A DNA stretch of 64,000 bases from Negaprion brevirostris. Its lineage: Eukaryota. The stretch covers positions 34,405,973 to 34,469,972 of the forward strand of contig JARDVH010000154.1 in assembly GCA_030324005.1 (NCBI GenBank), in the 5' to 3' direction. The first letter of the stretch is position 1. Every line of letters starts with the position of its first letter. Position numbers and translations under genes: made by a program. Below, one piece after another: positions 13,851-26,910 of the stretch. The notes under the pieces were generated by a model that was given only the letters and a program-made list of their open reading frames with translations, was not told the DNA's origin and made no database searches.

Positions 13851-14143
13851 TCATAGAATTGTAGAATCCCTACAGTGCAGAAAGAGGCCATTCGGCCCAT
13901 CGAGTCTGTACTGACCACAATCCCACCCAGGCCCTATTCCCGTAACCACACATATTTACCTTGCCAATACCTCTGACACCAAGGGGCAATTTAGCATGGC
14001 CAATTAACCTAACTTACACATCTTTGGAGTGTGGGAGGAAACCGGAGCACCCGGAGGAAACCCACACAGACACGGGGAGAGTGTGCAAACTCCACAAGGT
14101 CCCTGGCGCTGTGAGGCAGCAGTGCTAACCACCGTGCCACCCC
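13851..14143 (-). mobile_element. HE1 V-SINE with internal deletion, just below the SLC4A5-like segment
   Basis: HE1 tail, core and head with part of the B-box region missing. Confidence 0.9.
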
Positions 14144-14321
14144 AGTGCAGAAATGGCCTTAATCTATGGAAGAAAGCTTTATTCAGGCCCTTTAAATCTA
14201 CTGGGTTACTACAATCATAATTCTGCTGATGTAAATGACTGGAGATATTCTCCATTCATGACCTCAATCTATGATCACACAAGCTGTACTTTTGCTAAGA
14301 GATTTCAATTTGATAACTCAC

Positions 14322-14409
14322 ATCATCGACCATCAGTGTTGCCATAGCTCTTCCAATCTCGCTGTAAGATTTACCTTTCCCTTGGGGACCCAAAAGAATA
14401 AAAATGAAC
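14322..14409 (-). CDS. SLC4A5: SLC4A5-like next internal exon, 88 bp
   Basis: On the minus strand: cccaaacag|GTTCATT...GTCGATGAT|gtgagt; (R)[29 protein letters not shown], in frame with the 158-bp exon; LMVDD fits SLC4A5 better than SLC4A4 (LMSDE). Confidence 0.88.
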
Positions 14410-15000
14410 CTGTTTGGGAAAGATACCAGAATGTTAAAACTGTGAGTGAAGGCAAATTCCTCTTCCTTCAGTCCCTGCTAAGCGAATTAGTTTTAAAACG
14501 GAAGGAAAGTTGAAGTACATTCTCAAGTTAGATTGTGTACCCACTGTCCTGTATCTAGTTTGACATCACTTAATGCACCTCGGCAGAGAGCTAATTGCTT
14601 TTGCAGTACTGTTGACCCCGTGGAGAGGTCTCAGACAGATTGAGTGTACTTAATAAACCAGCACTGCGACATTCAATCAAACCTTGAGTCAGCTATCCAA
14701 CAGATGATTGTGCTCTCAATTGAACAAGCAATTATCCGTGTCAGCAGAATTGTGGTCCAACCCACAATCATGCTTTGAATTAATTCATTTTTGGAAAATT
14801 AACTTTCAAGCCATCAGAACTTCAGTAGATAGAATTGTGCAACATTACCCTTCAAAAAAGAAAGCTAGCATTGTTTCTGCATGGTCCATGAATGGCAGCA
14901 CACTCATCTCAATTATATATGTTGTCTCAGTTGTCTATGTTCTATAATGTGTTTCTATTATTACTGGGCTCGTCAACATGCTCTGTAAATGGACCAGTAC

Positions 15001-15158
15001 CTTGTTGGAACTGCCACTTCCGTCAGTCCACCTAACATTGTTGACTGCAGGAGACGGACAAAGGCGACAAACGGCTTATCCAGGAAGTCGACTTCTCCAA
15101 CAAGGATGTTTGAGGCTTCCGAGTCACGAGGTATTTTCTTCTTGAATTTGTTCTTGAG
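15001..15158 (-). CDS. SLC4A5: SLC4 Na+/HCO3- cotransporter (SLC4A5/NBCe2-like) internal exon, 158 bp, cytoplasmic N-terminal domain
   Basis: On the minus strand: ttgcag|CTCAAGAAC...CCAACAAG|gtactg; [52 protein letters not shown](R), very close to recalled SLC4A4/A5 sequence. Confidence 0.88.
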
Positions 15159-15604
15159 CTGCAAAGGGTTTGAGACAAGTTAGAATTTGGAAAAGAGGAT
15201 TTCTATTGAGCAGAAGGCGATAAAGGATGGCCACAAAGTATGAACTCTAGCTTTTTTTAATGCATCTAGAATCACTGACAGGTTAATTTACTCCTACAGT
15301 TTCCCTGCTCCAGTGCTGAAGGGAGGCTGGTTATCAGATGGATGTTGCCGGGGTCTATTAGCTCTGCAGCGTGTGACAGGCAGTCAGTGGAAGGTACAGG
15401 CTGACATTAAAGGCTCAGATTGGCTCCCATATCCCAATGCCCAAAGATCATGTACTCAAAGGGTAGGATTTTCCAGCCCGCTCGCCACCCGAGTCAACAG
15501 GTCTTTGCATAGCCCATATCCCGCCCGCTACGACTCCCGGAACTGGGAGCATTCCACCCAAAACGTTTTTAACAAATAAAAGAAAGCAGCACTTCCAGCT
15601 TTTT

Positions 15605-16368
15605 AAAAATTCTCTTGTGGGATGTGGGCCTCACTGGCTTGGCTATGGTTCCCTGCCCATCCCTAACTGCCCTTGAACGAAGTTGGGTCATTTCAGAGGG
15701 AGGCTGAGAGTCAATCACATTGCTGTGGCTCTGGAATTGCACGGAGGCCAGACCGGATAAGGACAGCAGATTTCCTTCCTCAAAGGATATTAGTGAACCG
15801 GATGGGTTTTTAACAATAATCGATGATAGTTTCATGGTCACAAATACCCAGAATTTATAATCCATGTTTATTTTTGAATTTATGGGATGTGGGCATCACT
15901 AGCTCATTGGGCCAAATGGCCTCCTTCTGCACTGAAGGGGTTCTATGATCTATTTTTATTGCCCATTCCTGAGGGCATTTACAAGTCAATCACATTGCTG
16001 TGGCTCTGAAGTCACATGTAGGCCAGACCGGATAAGAATGGCAGATTTCCTTCCTCAAAGGGTATTAGTGAACCAGATGGGTTTTTCCGACAATGGTTTC
16101 ATGGTCTTATGTAGACTTTTAATTCCAGATATTTTTTATTGAATTCAAATTTCACCATTTGCCGTGATGGGATTCGAATCCGGGTCCCCAGAACGTTAGC
16201 TAAGCTTCTGGATTAATAGTCGAGTGATAATACCACGAGGCCATTGCCTCCCCTGTGTTTCTGAATTTAAATTCCACAAGATGCCGTAGTGGGATTTGAA
16301 CCCGTACCCCTAGAGAACCAGCCTGAGCCTCTGGCCAACTAGTTAATTCCACTAGACCACCATCTCCC
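15605..16368 (-). mobile_element. Cluster of two partly nested copies of the second tRNA-SINE family
   Basis: The core gtcaatcacattgctgtggctctg...ttagtgaacc occurs twice; heads at ~16252 and ~16368. Confidence 0.75.
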
Positions 16369-16607
16369 CAAAGCTGTTACATGTACAAATGTCTGTTCAA
16401 ATTAACAATTACCAAAACTCAATGTTTCAATGTCAAGATGGTTCATTTCATAATGCACTCTGAACTAATTTAACCCTGTATCACCCGCAGTCCCAGGCTT
16501 GCTAACACAACTGAACCAGCTGCTGACAAATAACTGTTCTTTGTGGTTTTGAGGGTACTTGGCTGCAGATACCATTCTAACCTGGACATCATTAAACATC
16601 CAATGGG

Positions 16608-17257
16608 ATCATAGAATCCCTACAGTGCACAAGGAGACCACTTGGCCCATTGAGTCTGCGCCTGCTCACCAACAGAGCAACCCACCCAGGCCCTATCCCC
16701 ACAGCCCCACATATTTACCCCACAAATCCCCTAACCTACACATTCTGGAATACAAATCTGGGATTCAGCCTGGCTAATCCACCTAACCTGCACATCTTTG
16801 GACATGAAGGGGCAACTTACAAAGAACATTACAGCGCAGCAACAGGCCCTTTGGCCCTCCAACCCTGCACCCACCATGCTGTGTGACTGAACTAAAACCC
16901 CCTACCCTTCCGGGGACCGAAAGAACAAAGAAACATTTAGCATGATCGATCCATCTAGCCTGCACGTCTTTGGACTGTGGGAGGAAAGAGGAGCACCCAG
17001 AGGAAACCCATGCAGACTCCGCACAGACAGTGGCCCAAGCCGGGAATTGAACCCGGGTCCCTGGCGCTGTGAGGCAGCAATGCTAACCACTGTGCCACCC
17101 ACACATCTTTTGAACTATGGAAGGAAACTGGAGCGCCAGGAGGAATCTCATGCAGACATGGGTAGAAAGTGCAGACTCCGCACAGACAGTGACCCAAGGC
17201 GGGAATTAAACCCGGGTCCCTGGCACTGTGAGGCAGCAATGCTAACCACTGTGCCCT
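16608..17257 (-). mobile_element. Composite of three HE1 pieces and a CR1 tail
   Basis: Two HE1 heads (ending ~17100 and ~17257), an HE1 tail at 16608 and a CR1 tail at ~16820-16919. Confidence 0.85.
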
Positions 17258-18729
17258 CTTGCTGCCCAAAGGTAGCGAAGTTTGAAGACTCAGGCTTTGG
17301 ATGAGAACCAAGTCTCCTCTTGAAAAGAAGCATTGCAGTAAAACACAGCAACCCAGCTTCAAACTCACACTGTGAAGCAAACAAGGAAACATTCCCACAG
17401 GCTCCCCACAGATGTTGGCTGCTGCTGGATCCTATATTGTTCAATAAGCCAGCCAACATGTAGAGGCCTATAAGCAGGATGTAAAATCAGGAATGTGAGC
17501 AGAGAACTAAGCTCCATACTCGTGATTCCAATCAATGGCAATCTGCTACTTCATAATCTGATTAACAATTGAAAAATGTGGCATATTTTATTAAAACTAA
17601 ACCGAGGTGAACTGAGCTTGAGTGTTTTTGTTTTTTTTTACCTGAGCTGCTAACTTTAAAAATTACAGGCGTAAAAGTTTATGTTGAGTGTGAATGGCAG
17701 ATCATTTCCAGGTGACTTAATATAAGCCTTGAGTTGAACTGCGTTGGGTCATTGAGTTTATCTGCTGTTTCCGCCACACCGTACCATTGTGTTCACTTTT
17801 ACATTTTGTACCTGTGTCTTCTTCTAAATAAATCTTTAGCTCTCCCAAAGATTGGATGGAGGTATCATCTGTTTAAGAGCGCATCAGGCGCCCCTAGGTT
17901 TTCCCAAACCATGCTGAGTTATCTGGTCTCAGCTGATTCCCAGCGGGGAGAAGAGTGAGGGATGACTTTACTCCTGTCTAGCGATGTGTGGATGTTAGAC
18001 AGCACTCTGCTTCAGTTCCAGCAATGAAGAATAACCACTGCTGGCAGCTTTGACGCACTCAGCCAAAGCCAGAGCATTGGAAAGAACCCTCNNNNNNNNN
18101 NNNNNNNNNNNNNNNNNNNNNNNNNNNNNNNNNNNNNNNNNNNNNNNNNNNNNNNNNNNNNNNNNNNNNNNNNNNNNNNNNNNNNNNNNNNCCTCCTTCT
18201 GTACTGTAAGGATTCTATACTTGAGCTCCTCATGTTTCGGACACCTTTTATGTCTGTATTGATACTTCACTAGATTTACACTTCATTTGGTGTCAACCTA
18301 AGCAATAAGGTTACCTGCTAGTGGGGATTTCACACCACTTCCCAATCGCATCTGAATTTATACTTTGCAGATCACTGGCAGCAGCGTTGCAGTGCAAATT
18401 ACCCTCTGTTAGGATTTGTACGTTCGTTTAACTACTGTTTAAATTCTGATAACCCCCAAACCTCGTAATTGGGTTCCTTCATGGTGATGCTTTAGAGGTA
18501 TTATAATCCTCAGTTACAAACAAGAGAGTAGAAATTGCTGTTGGCAGCAAGAGCACATGAACACTATTAAACCTTAAAATGCTTCAGACTGAAAATCTTT
18601 AGAACAAGGAGACATGACTTCAGTATATTAGTGGAGGCATTACAAGCAGGGAGCTATTAAGCAAAATATTAGCATTGATCAGTTGGAGTCACTCTGCCTC
18701 TGAATCAAAAAGTTATTGGTCCAAGACTT

Positions 18730-19680
18730 CAAAATGAATCTTTTTCCAAATGGCAATCGTGACTGATGGGTACTGCAAGGATCAATGCTAGAACACCAGC
18801 CATTCACTATGTAATGATTTACATGAGGGAACTAAATGTAATATCTCCAAATTTCCAGGTGACACAAGCTGGATGGGAGGGTGAGCTGTGAGGAGGATGC
18901 GGGGATGCTTAGGCGTGATTTTTGACAAGCTGAGTGAGTGTGCAAATGTATGGCAGATGCAGTATAACGTGGACAGGTGAGGTTATCCACTTGGGTAGCA
19001 AAAACAGGGAGGCAGATAAACTGACTAAGAGAAACACATGTGCCAAGAGTCCTGGGTGTCACACCAGCAGCTGAAACTAATCATTCAGTGAAGAAGGCAA
19101 ATGGCATGTTGGCCTTTATAGAGAGAGTATTTGAGTACAGATATGGATATCTTGCTGCATTTATAGAGGGCCTTGGTTAGACCATGCCTGGAATATTGTG
19201 TGCCGTCTTGGTTTCCTTATGAGGGAGGATATTCTTTTATGGAGGGAGTGCAGCGAATGTTTCCCAGACTGATAACGTGGGATAGCAGGACTGAGGAGAG
19301 ATTGAGTCGGTTTGGATTATATTTACTGGTGTTTAGAAGAACGAGGGGGGAATCTAATAGGATTGCACAGGGTAGATGCAGGAACAATGTTCCTGGATGG
19401 CAGGGGAGTCCAGAATCAGGGGTCACAGTCTGACGATATGGGGTAGACCACTAAAGACAGATGAGGAAAAATTTCTACATCCAGAGAATGGTGAGCTTGT
19501 GGAATTCTCTACTGCGAAAGCATTATATGTTTCCAAGAAGGAGTTGGATATTACTCTTGGGGTTAAAGGAATCAAAGGGTATGGGGAAAGTGGGACCAAG
19601 TCATCAGCAATGATCATGATGAATAGTGGAGCAGGCTCAAAGAGCCGAATAGCCTAGTCCTGTTGCTGTTTTCTGTGACT
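18730..19680 (+). mobile_element. CR1 LINE ORF2 (RT C-terminal region) and 3' tail, decayed
   Basis: ISKFPGDTSW (FADD-like motif), LVRPCLEYCV, VQRMFPRLI; frameshifts and stops. Confidence 0.88.
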
Positions 19681-20372
19681 AAGTCCAAGTCTTAGGCTCA
19701 TACATTAGCAGCAGTCCAATGAGCTGATGTGGAATATTATACGTAGAAATTACAGCATGGAAACAGATTATTTAACCCAGTGATCAGTAGTGCTCATTCC
19801 ATATGCTGGTCCAGTTATCAAAGCTCTTCTGCTTTTTCCATTAATCACCTAACTAACCAATCCTCAAGTAGTAAAGAAGATTTGAGCGAATCTTTCCATC
19901 TATAGCCAGAGGTTTCAAGCATGAATCCCAGGAGTTATTAATCTGTCTGTACATAGCAATAGTATGGCCACATGTAGATTCTTGTGTACAATTTTGTTCG
20001 TTACATATCAAAGAGGCCGTACAGAAAATGACAATCAAACTAATGCCTAACTTGAGGCATCTCTAATACAGTGGTAGGTCATTCTTGGGCAGAAAGGCTT
20101 CTGTGAAATGTTGTTCAGGTATTCAAGACTTTTGTGGGGGGGAAAAAAATTGAGATTTAAAATGTCTACATCCAGGAAACATAGTCTGAAACTTAAAGAA
20201 GGTAGATTTTAAATTTATACAGCTGATATGTGCAGGGAGGTGATGAAGGTAGGTCATGTGGAAAAGTTTGAATGATAATTGGATAGATATTTCAGGTTAT
20301 AGTTGATTGAGGACTAGGCAGATGGACAGCAGGTTTGTTTTTGGTCCCAATGTTCCTGTTGTATAAAGGAGA

Positions 20373-20745
20373 TTTGTGTTTATATAGCACCTTTTATAGC
20401 CCATGGACACCCAAGGCACTTTAGAGCCAGTGAAATACCTTTCGAGTTTTGTCATGTAGGAAACATTGCAATCAATTTGAGCACAGTAATGAACAGATAA
20501 TCTGTTTTATTGATGTTGATTTGAAGAATAAATATTGACCAGGGTACTTAGGAGACCTCCCTCCTTTTCTTCAAAACAGTGTCTTGCGATCCTCCCCATC
20601 CAGCTGAGTGCTTCTGTTTAACGTCTCATTTGAAAGACCACACCTCTGACAGCATTGCGCAGCCTTAGCATTGCACTGGAGAGTCAGTCTAGATAATCTC
20701 TAGTTGGAGTCGGACTTGAACCTTTGCTCTTTTGATTCAAGGTGT
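20373..20745 (-). mobile_element. DeuSINE (SacSINE1-like) copy
   Basis: tttaacgtctcatttgaaagaccacacctctgacag Deu-like core with L2-type tail; second copy at 28070-28490. Confidence 0.65.
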
Positions 20746-21483
20746 ACAAGTAATTTGTACTTTGTATTTAATTGCCGTTTATTATGGTTGTGTTTTAAAT
20801 GTATTGATGTTGCAGTTTCAATGTATTTTCAGTTTTGGCTGCAGTAAGCCATTGGGAAAATAGTCATTACAGTACAGACTGTGTGAATTCTTACTTCACA
20901 CGTTTCTCCTCGTACTGCCACCATCAGTGATGAGCCTGCAACGCCCAGTACTTCACCCTAGTGTTGTACAGCTCAAAGTGCATGTTGGAGAAGTCTTCCA
21001 AGTTCAGAAGAACAGAACCTATAATTGTACTGCTGGATGTCTTTCACAGTTCAAATAAACTCACTGAACATTTTTATTACTCTTTACTGAAACCCTGACC
21101 AACATTATTATTCTGTCACTGAGTTGCATTTTTTAAAAAAAGTTCTCCTTTCACCAGCTGCAAAGGACGTGAATATCACATCTTACAGCCCCTGTTATTT
21201 TCAGTATTTGAATTTTGGCTTCCAGAGCAAATCATTTATTTCAGAAGTTTTGTCACTCAAATGGGAAAAGACGAAAAAAATTGGTTTAATGTACTAGAGT
21301 ATAAGACTAATTGGATAGCTTTTTTCAAAGAGCTGGTCAGACACAAGGGGACAAATGGCCACCTCCTGTGTTGTATGATTCTGAACGTTAACCCAATCTA
21401 TGTGGACTCTAGTTATTTCATGAAGATGTACGTCGTGATCACAGTCAAATATGCATTTATATATACTATGTATGGCATATATA

Positions 21484-22155
21484 GGTAGCATGGTGGCGTA
21501 CTGATTTAGTACTGCTGCCTTACATTGCCAGGGGCCCAGGTTCAATTCCAGCCTTGGGTGACTGTGTGTGCAGTTTACATGTTCTTCCCGAGTCTGCATG
21601 GGTTTCTTTTGGTGCTCTGGTTTCCTCCCACAGTCCAAAGATATGCAGGTTAGGTGGATGGGCCAAGCTAAATTGCCCCTTTTGTGTCCCACTATGTATA
21701 GATTAGATCATGGAATACATTGAATGCTTACAGTGCAGAAGGACGCCATTCAGCTCCTTGAGCCTGCACCAAACACAATCCCACCCAGGCCCAATTCCCG
21801 TAACTCCATATATTAATCCCATGACACCAGGGTCAAGTTAGTTTGGCCAATCAACCTAACCCACACATCTTTACACTGTGGGAGGAAACTGGATCAGCTG
21901 GGGAGAATGTATAAACTCCACACAGACAGTGACCCGAGGCCGGAATTGAACCCGAGTCCCTGGTGCTGTGAGGCAGCAAAGCTAGCCACTGTGTCACTTA
22001 GTGTCCCAAGACGTACAGGTTAGATGGATTAGCCATGAGAAATGTGTGGGTTTACGGGGATAGAGTGGGCTTGGGCATGATACTCTAATGGAGAACCAAT
22101 GTAGACTCAATGGGCCAAATGGCTTCTTCCGCACTGTAGGGTTTCTGTGATCTAT
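21484..22155. mobile_element. Plus-strand HE1 interrupted by a minus-strand HE1 (21707-21997)
   Basis: + head and core 21484-21706, reverse copy, then + tail 21998-22155. Confidence 0.88.
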
Positions 22156-22344
22156 GTCTTAAAAGCTTGAAACCCACCTGTGGATGATGCTTGCTGTGGA
22201 GTAGCTTGATTGAATATAATTAAAATCTTGGTAATCAGAAATTGTCAGTGAATCAGGAAGGTAGGTACAGCAACTGCTACGGGATAACGTATTGCAAAAC
22301 TGTGTAACATACCAAGATTCAACTAAAATTTGAACTTTTAAAAA

Positions 22345-22790
22345 TGTATTCTTTCAAGGAACATGGGCAACGGAGGAAAGGGCAGCATTTGTTACCCTCC
22401 CAATCTGCCCTTAATATGGTGGTGAGCCATCTTCTGGTACCACTACAGTCTATCTAGTTTGAATTTTATGCAGCAATTTGGTTACGCATGAGTGGCTTGC
22501 TGGACCTTTGCAAATGGCAGTTAAGAGTCAACCATGTTGACACGGATCTCAAGTCACATGTAGGGCAGATCAGTGAAGGAGGCAGACTTTCCTTTCCTAG
22601 AGTACGTTATGGGTCCTAAAGGCATTTGATGATAGCTTAACTGAGACTAGTTTTCCATTTTCAGGTTTATTAATTGTCGGAGATTAAAATTCCACCAGCT
22701 GCCAGGATGGGATTTGAACCTGTGCCCACAAAGCATTCACCCAAGCCTCGATTGCAACTCCTGTGACAATATCACTGCACTACCGTCTAC
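22345..22790 (-). mobile_element. Second-family tRNA SINE, diverged
   Basis: ggcagttaagagtcaacc...caagtcacatgtaggg...gggatttgaacc. Confidence 0.65.
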
Positions 22791-24970
22791 CTGTATCACA
22801 CTATGTGAATTAACCACCAAGGCTTCAATCATTCTAGCCAGTTGCTTTTCAAGAAGCCCTCAGTGACCTGGCAATGTCAATTTTTTTTTAATATTTCTTC
22901 TCAATCCATTCCTTTCAGAAATTTTAGTCTCTGATTATCATGCTCTGACAAAAAAAGCTTTGAGCTAGCTTTTCATTGTGAATGCTGCGTCAGTACTTTT
23001 GTTCTCTGCTACCCCAAGATTCTTCCCCTGAGAATTAATTCATTGTAACATAGAAAATTCTGCATCAAACATAGAAAGAGGCCTTCCTGCCAATCGTATC
23101 TGTGCTGTAAATTATGTTTCTGCAGCAATTCTCTAGTATGCCTGTTTTCACTTCAATCATTTGTTTAAAAAAAAATCTAAATATTTAATCTTTGTCGAAG
23201 GTTTGGTGAGCGGAATCCCTTTACATCTCAGTTAATAATTTGCCATTTCAGCAACTTTATGAAATATGTTACAAGTTATTGTCTGTGATCAGATATGCCT
23301 GCCCGATGGGCACATAGTGGTGAATGGTTGTGTTAATTAAGCTTGGCACACTGGAAAGGAGGTAAGGCACCATTGAAAATAATGGGGAACATGGAGATTG
23401 ACTTACCAAATGCTTTTAAAGAGAAAAGTTATAGTTTCTACTAGGTGTTTATCAAGTGTTTATCAAAGTTCTGATTAACTTTCTGCTTTGTTCAGTTTCT
23501 TTTGAGTTTTTTATATGCTAAGACTGATTTCTGTGGATTAAATAACTCCCGTCCTTTACCTGTGCTTACTTTCAAAAACTAAATACACCTTTTAAAAAAA
23601 AAAAGTTGACATCCATCTCTCTGTTCTGATCTCCTTTAAAAATATTTTAACTTTTTTTTTTGGGACAGTGCATGGTGGTGAAACCGCTGCATTCGGTCAG
23701 GAGCAAATTACTGAACTCAGCAGAAAGAGGATTAAATTAAACAGCAGCCCCTCTTGTCTGCAGTCTTGTCATCATATTAAAATATTAAGTTTCACATTTG
23801 GTTCCCCTTGCTGTTGGTTACTGGCTGGTAATCAATCATGAATGTCAGTACTCTGCTATTGATCCATCGCAGATGAGCTTAATTAGGCTTTCTGTCCACT
23901 TGGTGACACTGAAGCTAACTGCAATACTCTGACTGAGGTCTGCTGAGTTGGAATCCATCAGAATTTAATTTAACCAGTACTTCCTAGGTCTTTATGACCC
24001 ACCCACTCTGTACGTGACACATTTTCATCAAATTACAGAGGCCTGTTTCCAGGCCATACATTCTTCAGCCTAATGGTCCATGCTGGTATTAATGCTCCAC
24101 GTGACCCTCCTATCATCCAACCTTATCAGCATAATCTTCTGTTCCTTTCTCCCGTGGGTCCGGTTTTCCTTTAAGTGCAGTTTATCTCAACTGCTTCTTG
24201 TGGTAGTGAGTCCCACAATCTAAGCCCTCTGGTTTGAGAGTGGTATGTTTATCTAGAGTGGCCTTGTGTGCCATTCATGTGTATAATTGTGGAGTTGATG
24301 TCTTATGCTTCATTGGAAATAAAAGCTTGACTTTGTAACTGTAGTTCTGCTTGAGAGTGGTTAAGACATGAAGCTTACTACTACAAGGAGTGAATAACAC
24401 AAATTTTGAAGGGGAAGCTGGATAGAAACAAGGGAGAAATAAATGGTTGGATCAAGACAGGTGGGAGGAAGCTCATGAGGAAGGTAAATATTGATGTGGG
24501 ACCTCCTGGCCAGTTTCTGTGCTGTAAACACTTTGTAATACTGGTTTAAGTAGGTGGGTTCAGTTTCTAAATTTACCTCTTTTTTTTCTCTTTTTTAGGT
24601 TATTGACTTTTACCTACCCGCCTCTCCACCCCCATGACTCCCAGCAAAACTTACTTGTGAAATAGCATTTTCCTTAACCCTGTTAACCAGTCTTGTTTTC
24701 ACAATGACCCAGGACTTGCAGCTACTGATTATTGGTATATTCTGTACCGGAAGATCCAGTAATTTGTCACTGTCTCTGTCTATCTCTGCCATCGGTTGTG
24801 CTGTGAAAATGGAGCCACTCCTTGTGCTTTTGTCATTTTTTTTCCAAGTGCTGATAGGGAGTCCTTGTACAGAATGTAAGGGGGGGAAAAAATCCTCTTT
24901 CCTCTGGGGGCCCTGCCCATGTTTGTAGATAGACACTAACCCACCCATTTCCTCCTGCCTCTCCTCACAG

Positions 24971-25035
24971 GCAGATCCATGAGGTGCAGACCCACATGGG
25001 GCAGCTGGAGAAGGCGGATGCACAGTCTGTTCACT
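24971..25035 (+). CDS. GOSR2: GOSR2 (membrin/GS27) coding exon 2, 65 bp
   Basis: ctcctcacag|GCAGATCC...GTTCACT|gtaagt; translates QIHEVQTHMGQLEKADAQSVH, matching recalled human [21 protein letters not shown]; phase 2 in, phase 1 out. Confidence 0.95.
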
Positions 25036-26280
25036 GTAAGTATTCATAATTAAGATATGTAAACAGAGCCAGCCTGGTGCCAAGGCAGGGGAGGAGGTGA
25101 CGTGGGCACAAAGCTTTGCCAGAAGAAATAATGACATTGTTTTCAGTCCTGGTGGGGTGGCTTATTACATCACCATCTTATAGTGGCATAACCCACGCCT
25201 CACTGAGGGACACTTACTGATTTTTGTCAAAGTCATTCTACATAAAGGTTTGAAAGCTCCCCAGAGTACTGCAAAGCCAGAGTTCCATGAATTGTAACTT
25301 TGAACTCGTCTGTTTAAAATATACTTGTTCTGTTGTGATGAATAGTACATTTGTTCATACGAAACTTGCTGGGATTATACAAGTCATTAAACACTTGGTG
25401 TGACTGTCTTTGTGCCTTGACGTGGAATTCATTGGCAGTTGTCCCCAAACACTGACTGCTAGTACACTGCCAGTCAGATGGGCTGTTGGATAAGAGGATG
25501 GAGTTATTCTCGTGTGTTGAGAATCTTACTATCATTTCCATAAGCTGCTTAATTATGTGCTTGCTTCCTACAGCTCTTAAGTTTTTTTTTCTCTTTTTGT
25601 ACAACTATATCTTTATTAAGCTGGCCTAGGTAAGTAACAAACCACAACTAACTTTGCTTTCAAACAAAGACAGCACATGACTTTTACCAACATCTCCAAT
25701 GATCCTGTGGCCAGGAATAATGTTTATTTTCTTGCCACAGATTACTTTCTGATGTTCAGCGTGTCGATAGTTCAAGAGATGGGCTTTGGCTTGCCTTGGC
25801 TCGTATGTCTTTTGGTGGGAAAGAATTCTTTCACAAAACAAATCGTTCATTATAAAAACAAAAAGTGCTGGGAAAAACTCATCAAGTCTGGCCGCGTCTG
25901 TGGAGAAAGAAACAAAGTTAACTTTTTTGGGTCCTTTTTCAGAAGTGGCTTGTTATGACTTGCTTGGGAAGTGGGCCTACGCGGATGTTGATCTAAGTAT
26001 CTGTGCTCTGTGGGGTTTTGTGCAGGATCCCCTGGCAACGCTGAAACTTTACCTCTGTTCCTTATTCATTTAATGGACAAATCTGTGTTTTATTTGAGGG
26101 TGAAACTTTTGTCGACATCAAGGTGAGGATATCACTGCTACACTTTGCGAGATCTGCAATTCCTTCTGGCCCTGATGCAGGATAGATTTGGCATGGATTA
26201 AGATCAATCCGGCTTACCTAATGTACCACAGTAATCCCAAGCTCAGAAAAGCAGCACCTAACTGTACCAATGGGATATTT

Positions 26281-26910
26281 GCTTAGTGGTTTAACACTGC
26301 TCATCACAGCGCCAGAGGCCAGTTTCGATTCCAGCCTTGCATGATAGTCAGTGTGGACTTTATACGTTCTTAAAATTTATTTATCAGTGTCACAAGTAGG
26401 CCAACATTAACACTGTAATGAAGTTAGTGTGAAAACCCCCTAGTCACCACACTCTCTGGCGCCTGGTTGGGTACACTGAGGGAGGATTTGGCATTGCCAA
26501 CAAATCTAATCTGCATGTCTTATGGACTGTGGCAGGACACTGGAGCGCCCAGAGGAAACCCATGCAGACATGGGGAGAATGTGTAGACTTCACGCAGACA
26601 GTGACCCAAGCTGGGAATCCAATCTGGGTCCCTGGTGCTGTGAACCAATCACTGTGCTAATCACTGCCACCGTGCCACCTGTGTCTGTGTGGCTTTCCTC
26701 TGGGTGCTCTGGTTTCCTCCCACAGTCCAAAGATGTGCAGGTTTTGTGGATTGGCCATGCTAAATTGCCCCTTAGTGTCCAAAGATGTATGGGTTAAGAG
26801 GATTAGCAGGGTAAATACATGGGCTATGGGGATATTGCCTGGGTGGAATTCGCTTTCGGAGAGTTGATGGACCAAATGGCCTCCTTCTGCAATGTAAAAT
26901 TTCTATGATC
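26281..26910. mobile_element. Plus-strand HE1 interrupted by a minus-strand alternative-tail SINE (26372-26679)
   Basis: + head 26281-26370, reverse SINE with cacaagtaggc...cattaacactg tail, then + core and tail 26680-26910. Confidence 0.85.

Noticed and set aside
16902-17459. Recurrent peptides such as WLALLPHSARDPG and MGGTVVSTAASQRQG in many ORFs
   Set aside because: Translations of HE1 SINE copies, not a gene family; their tRNA-like heads are not tRNA genes
24704-24928. ORF containing MEPLL, resembling the GOSR2 start
   Set aside because: No QTxK motif or donor after 29 nt; splicing at 24875 would be out of frame with exon 2
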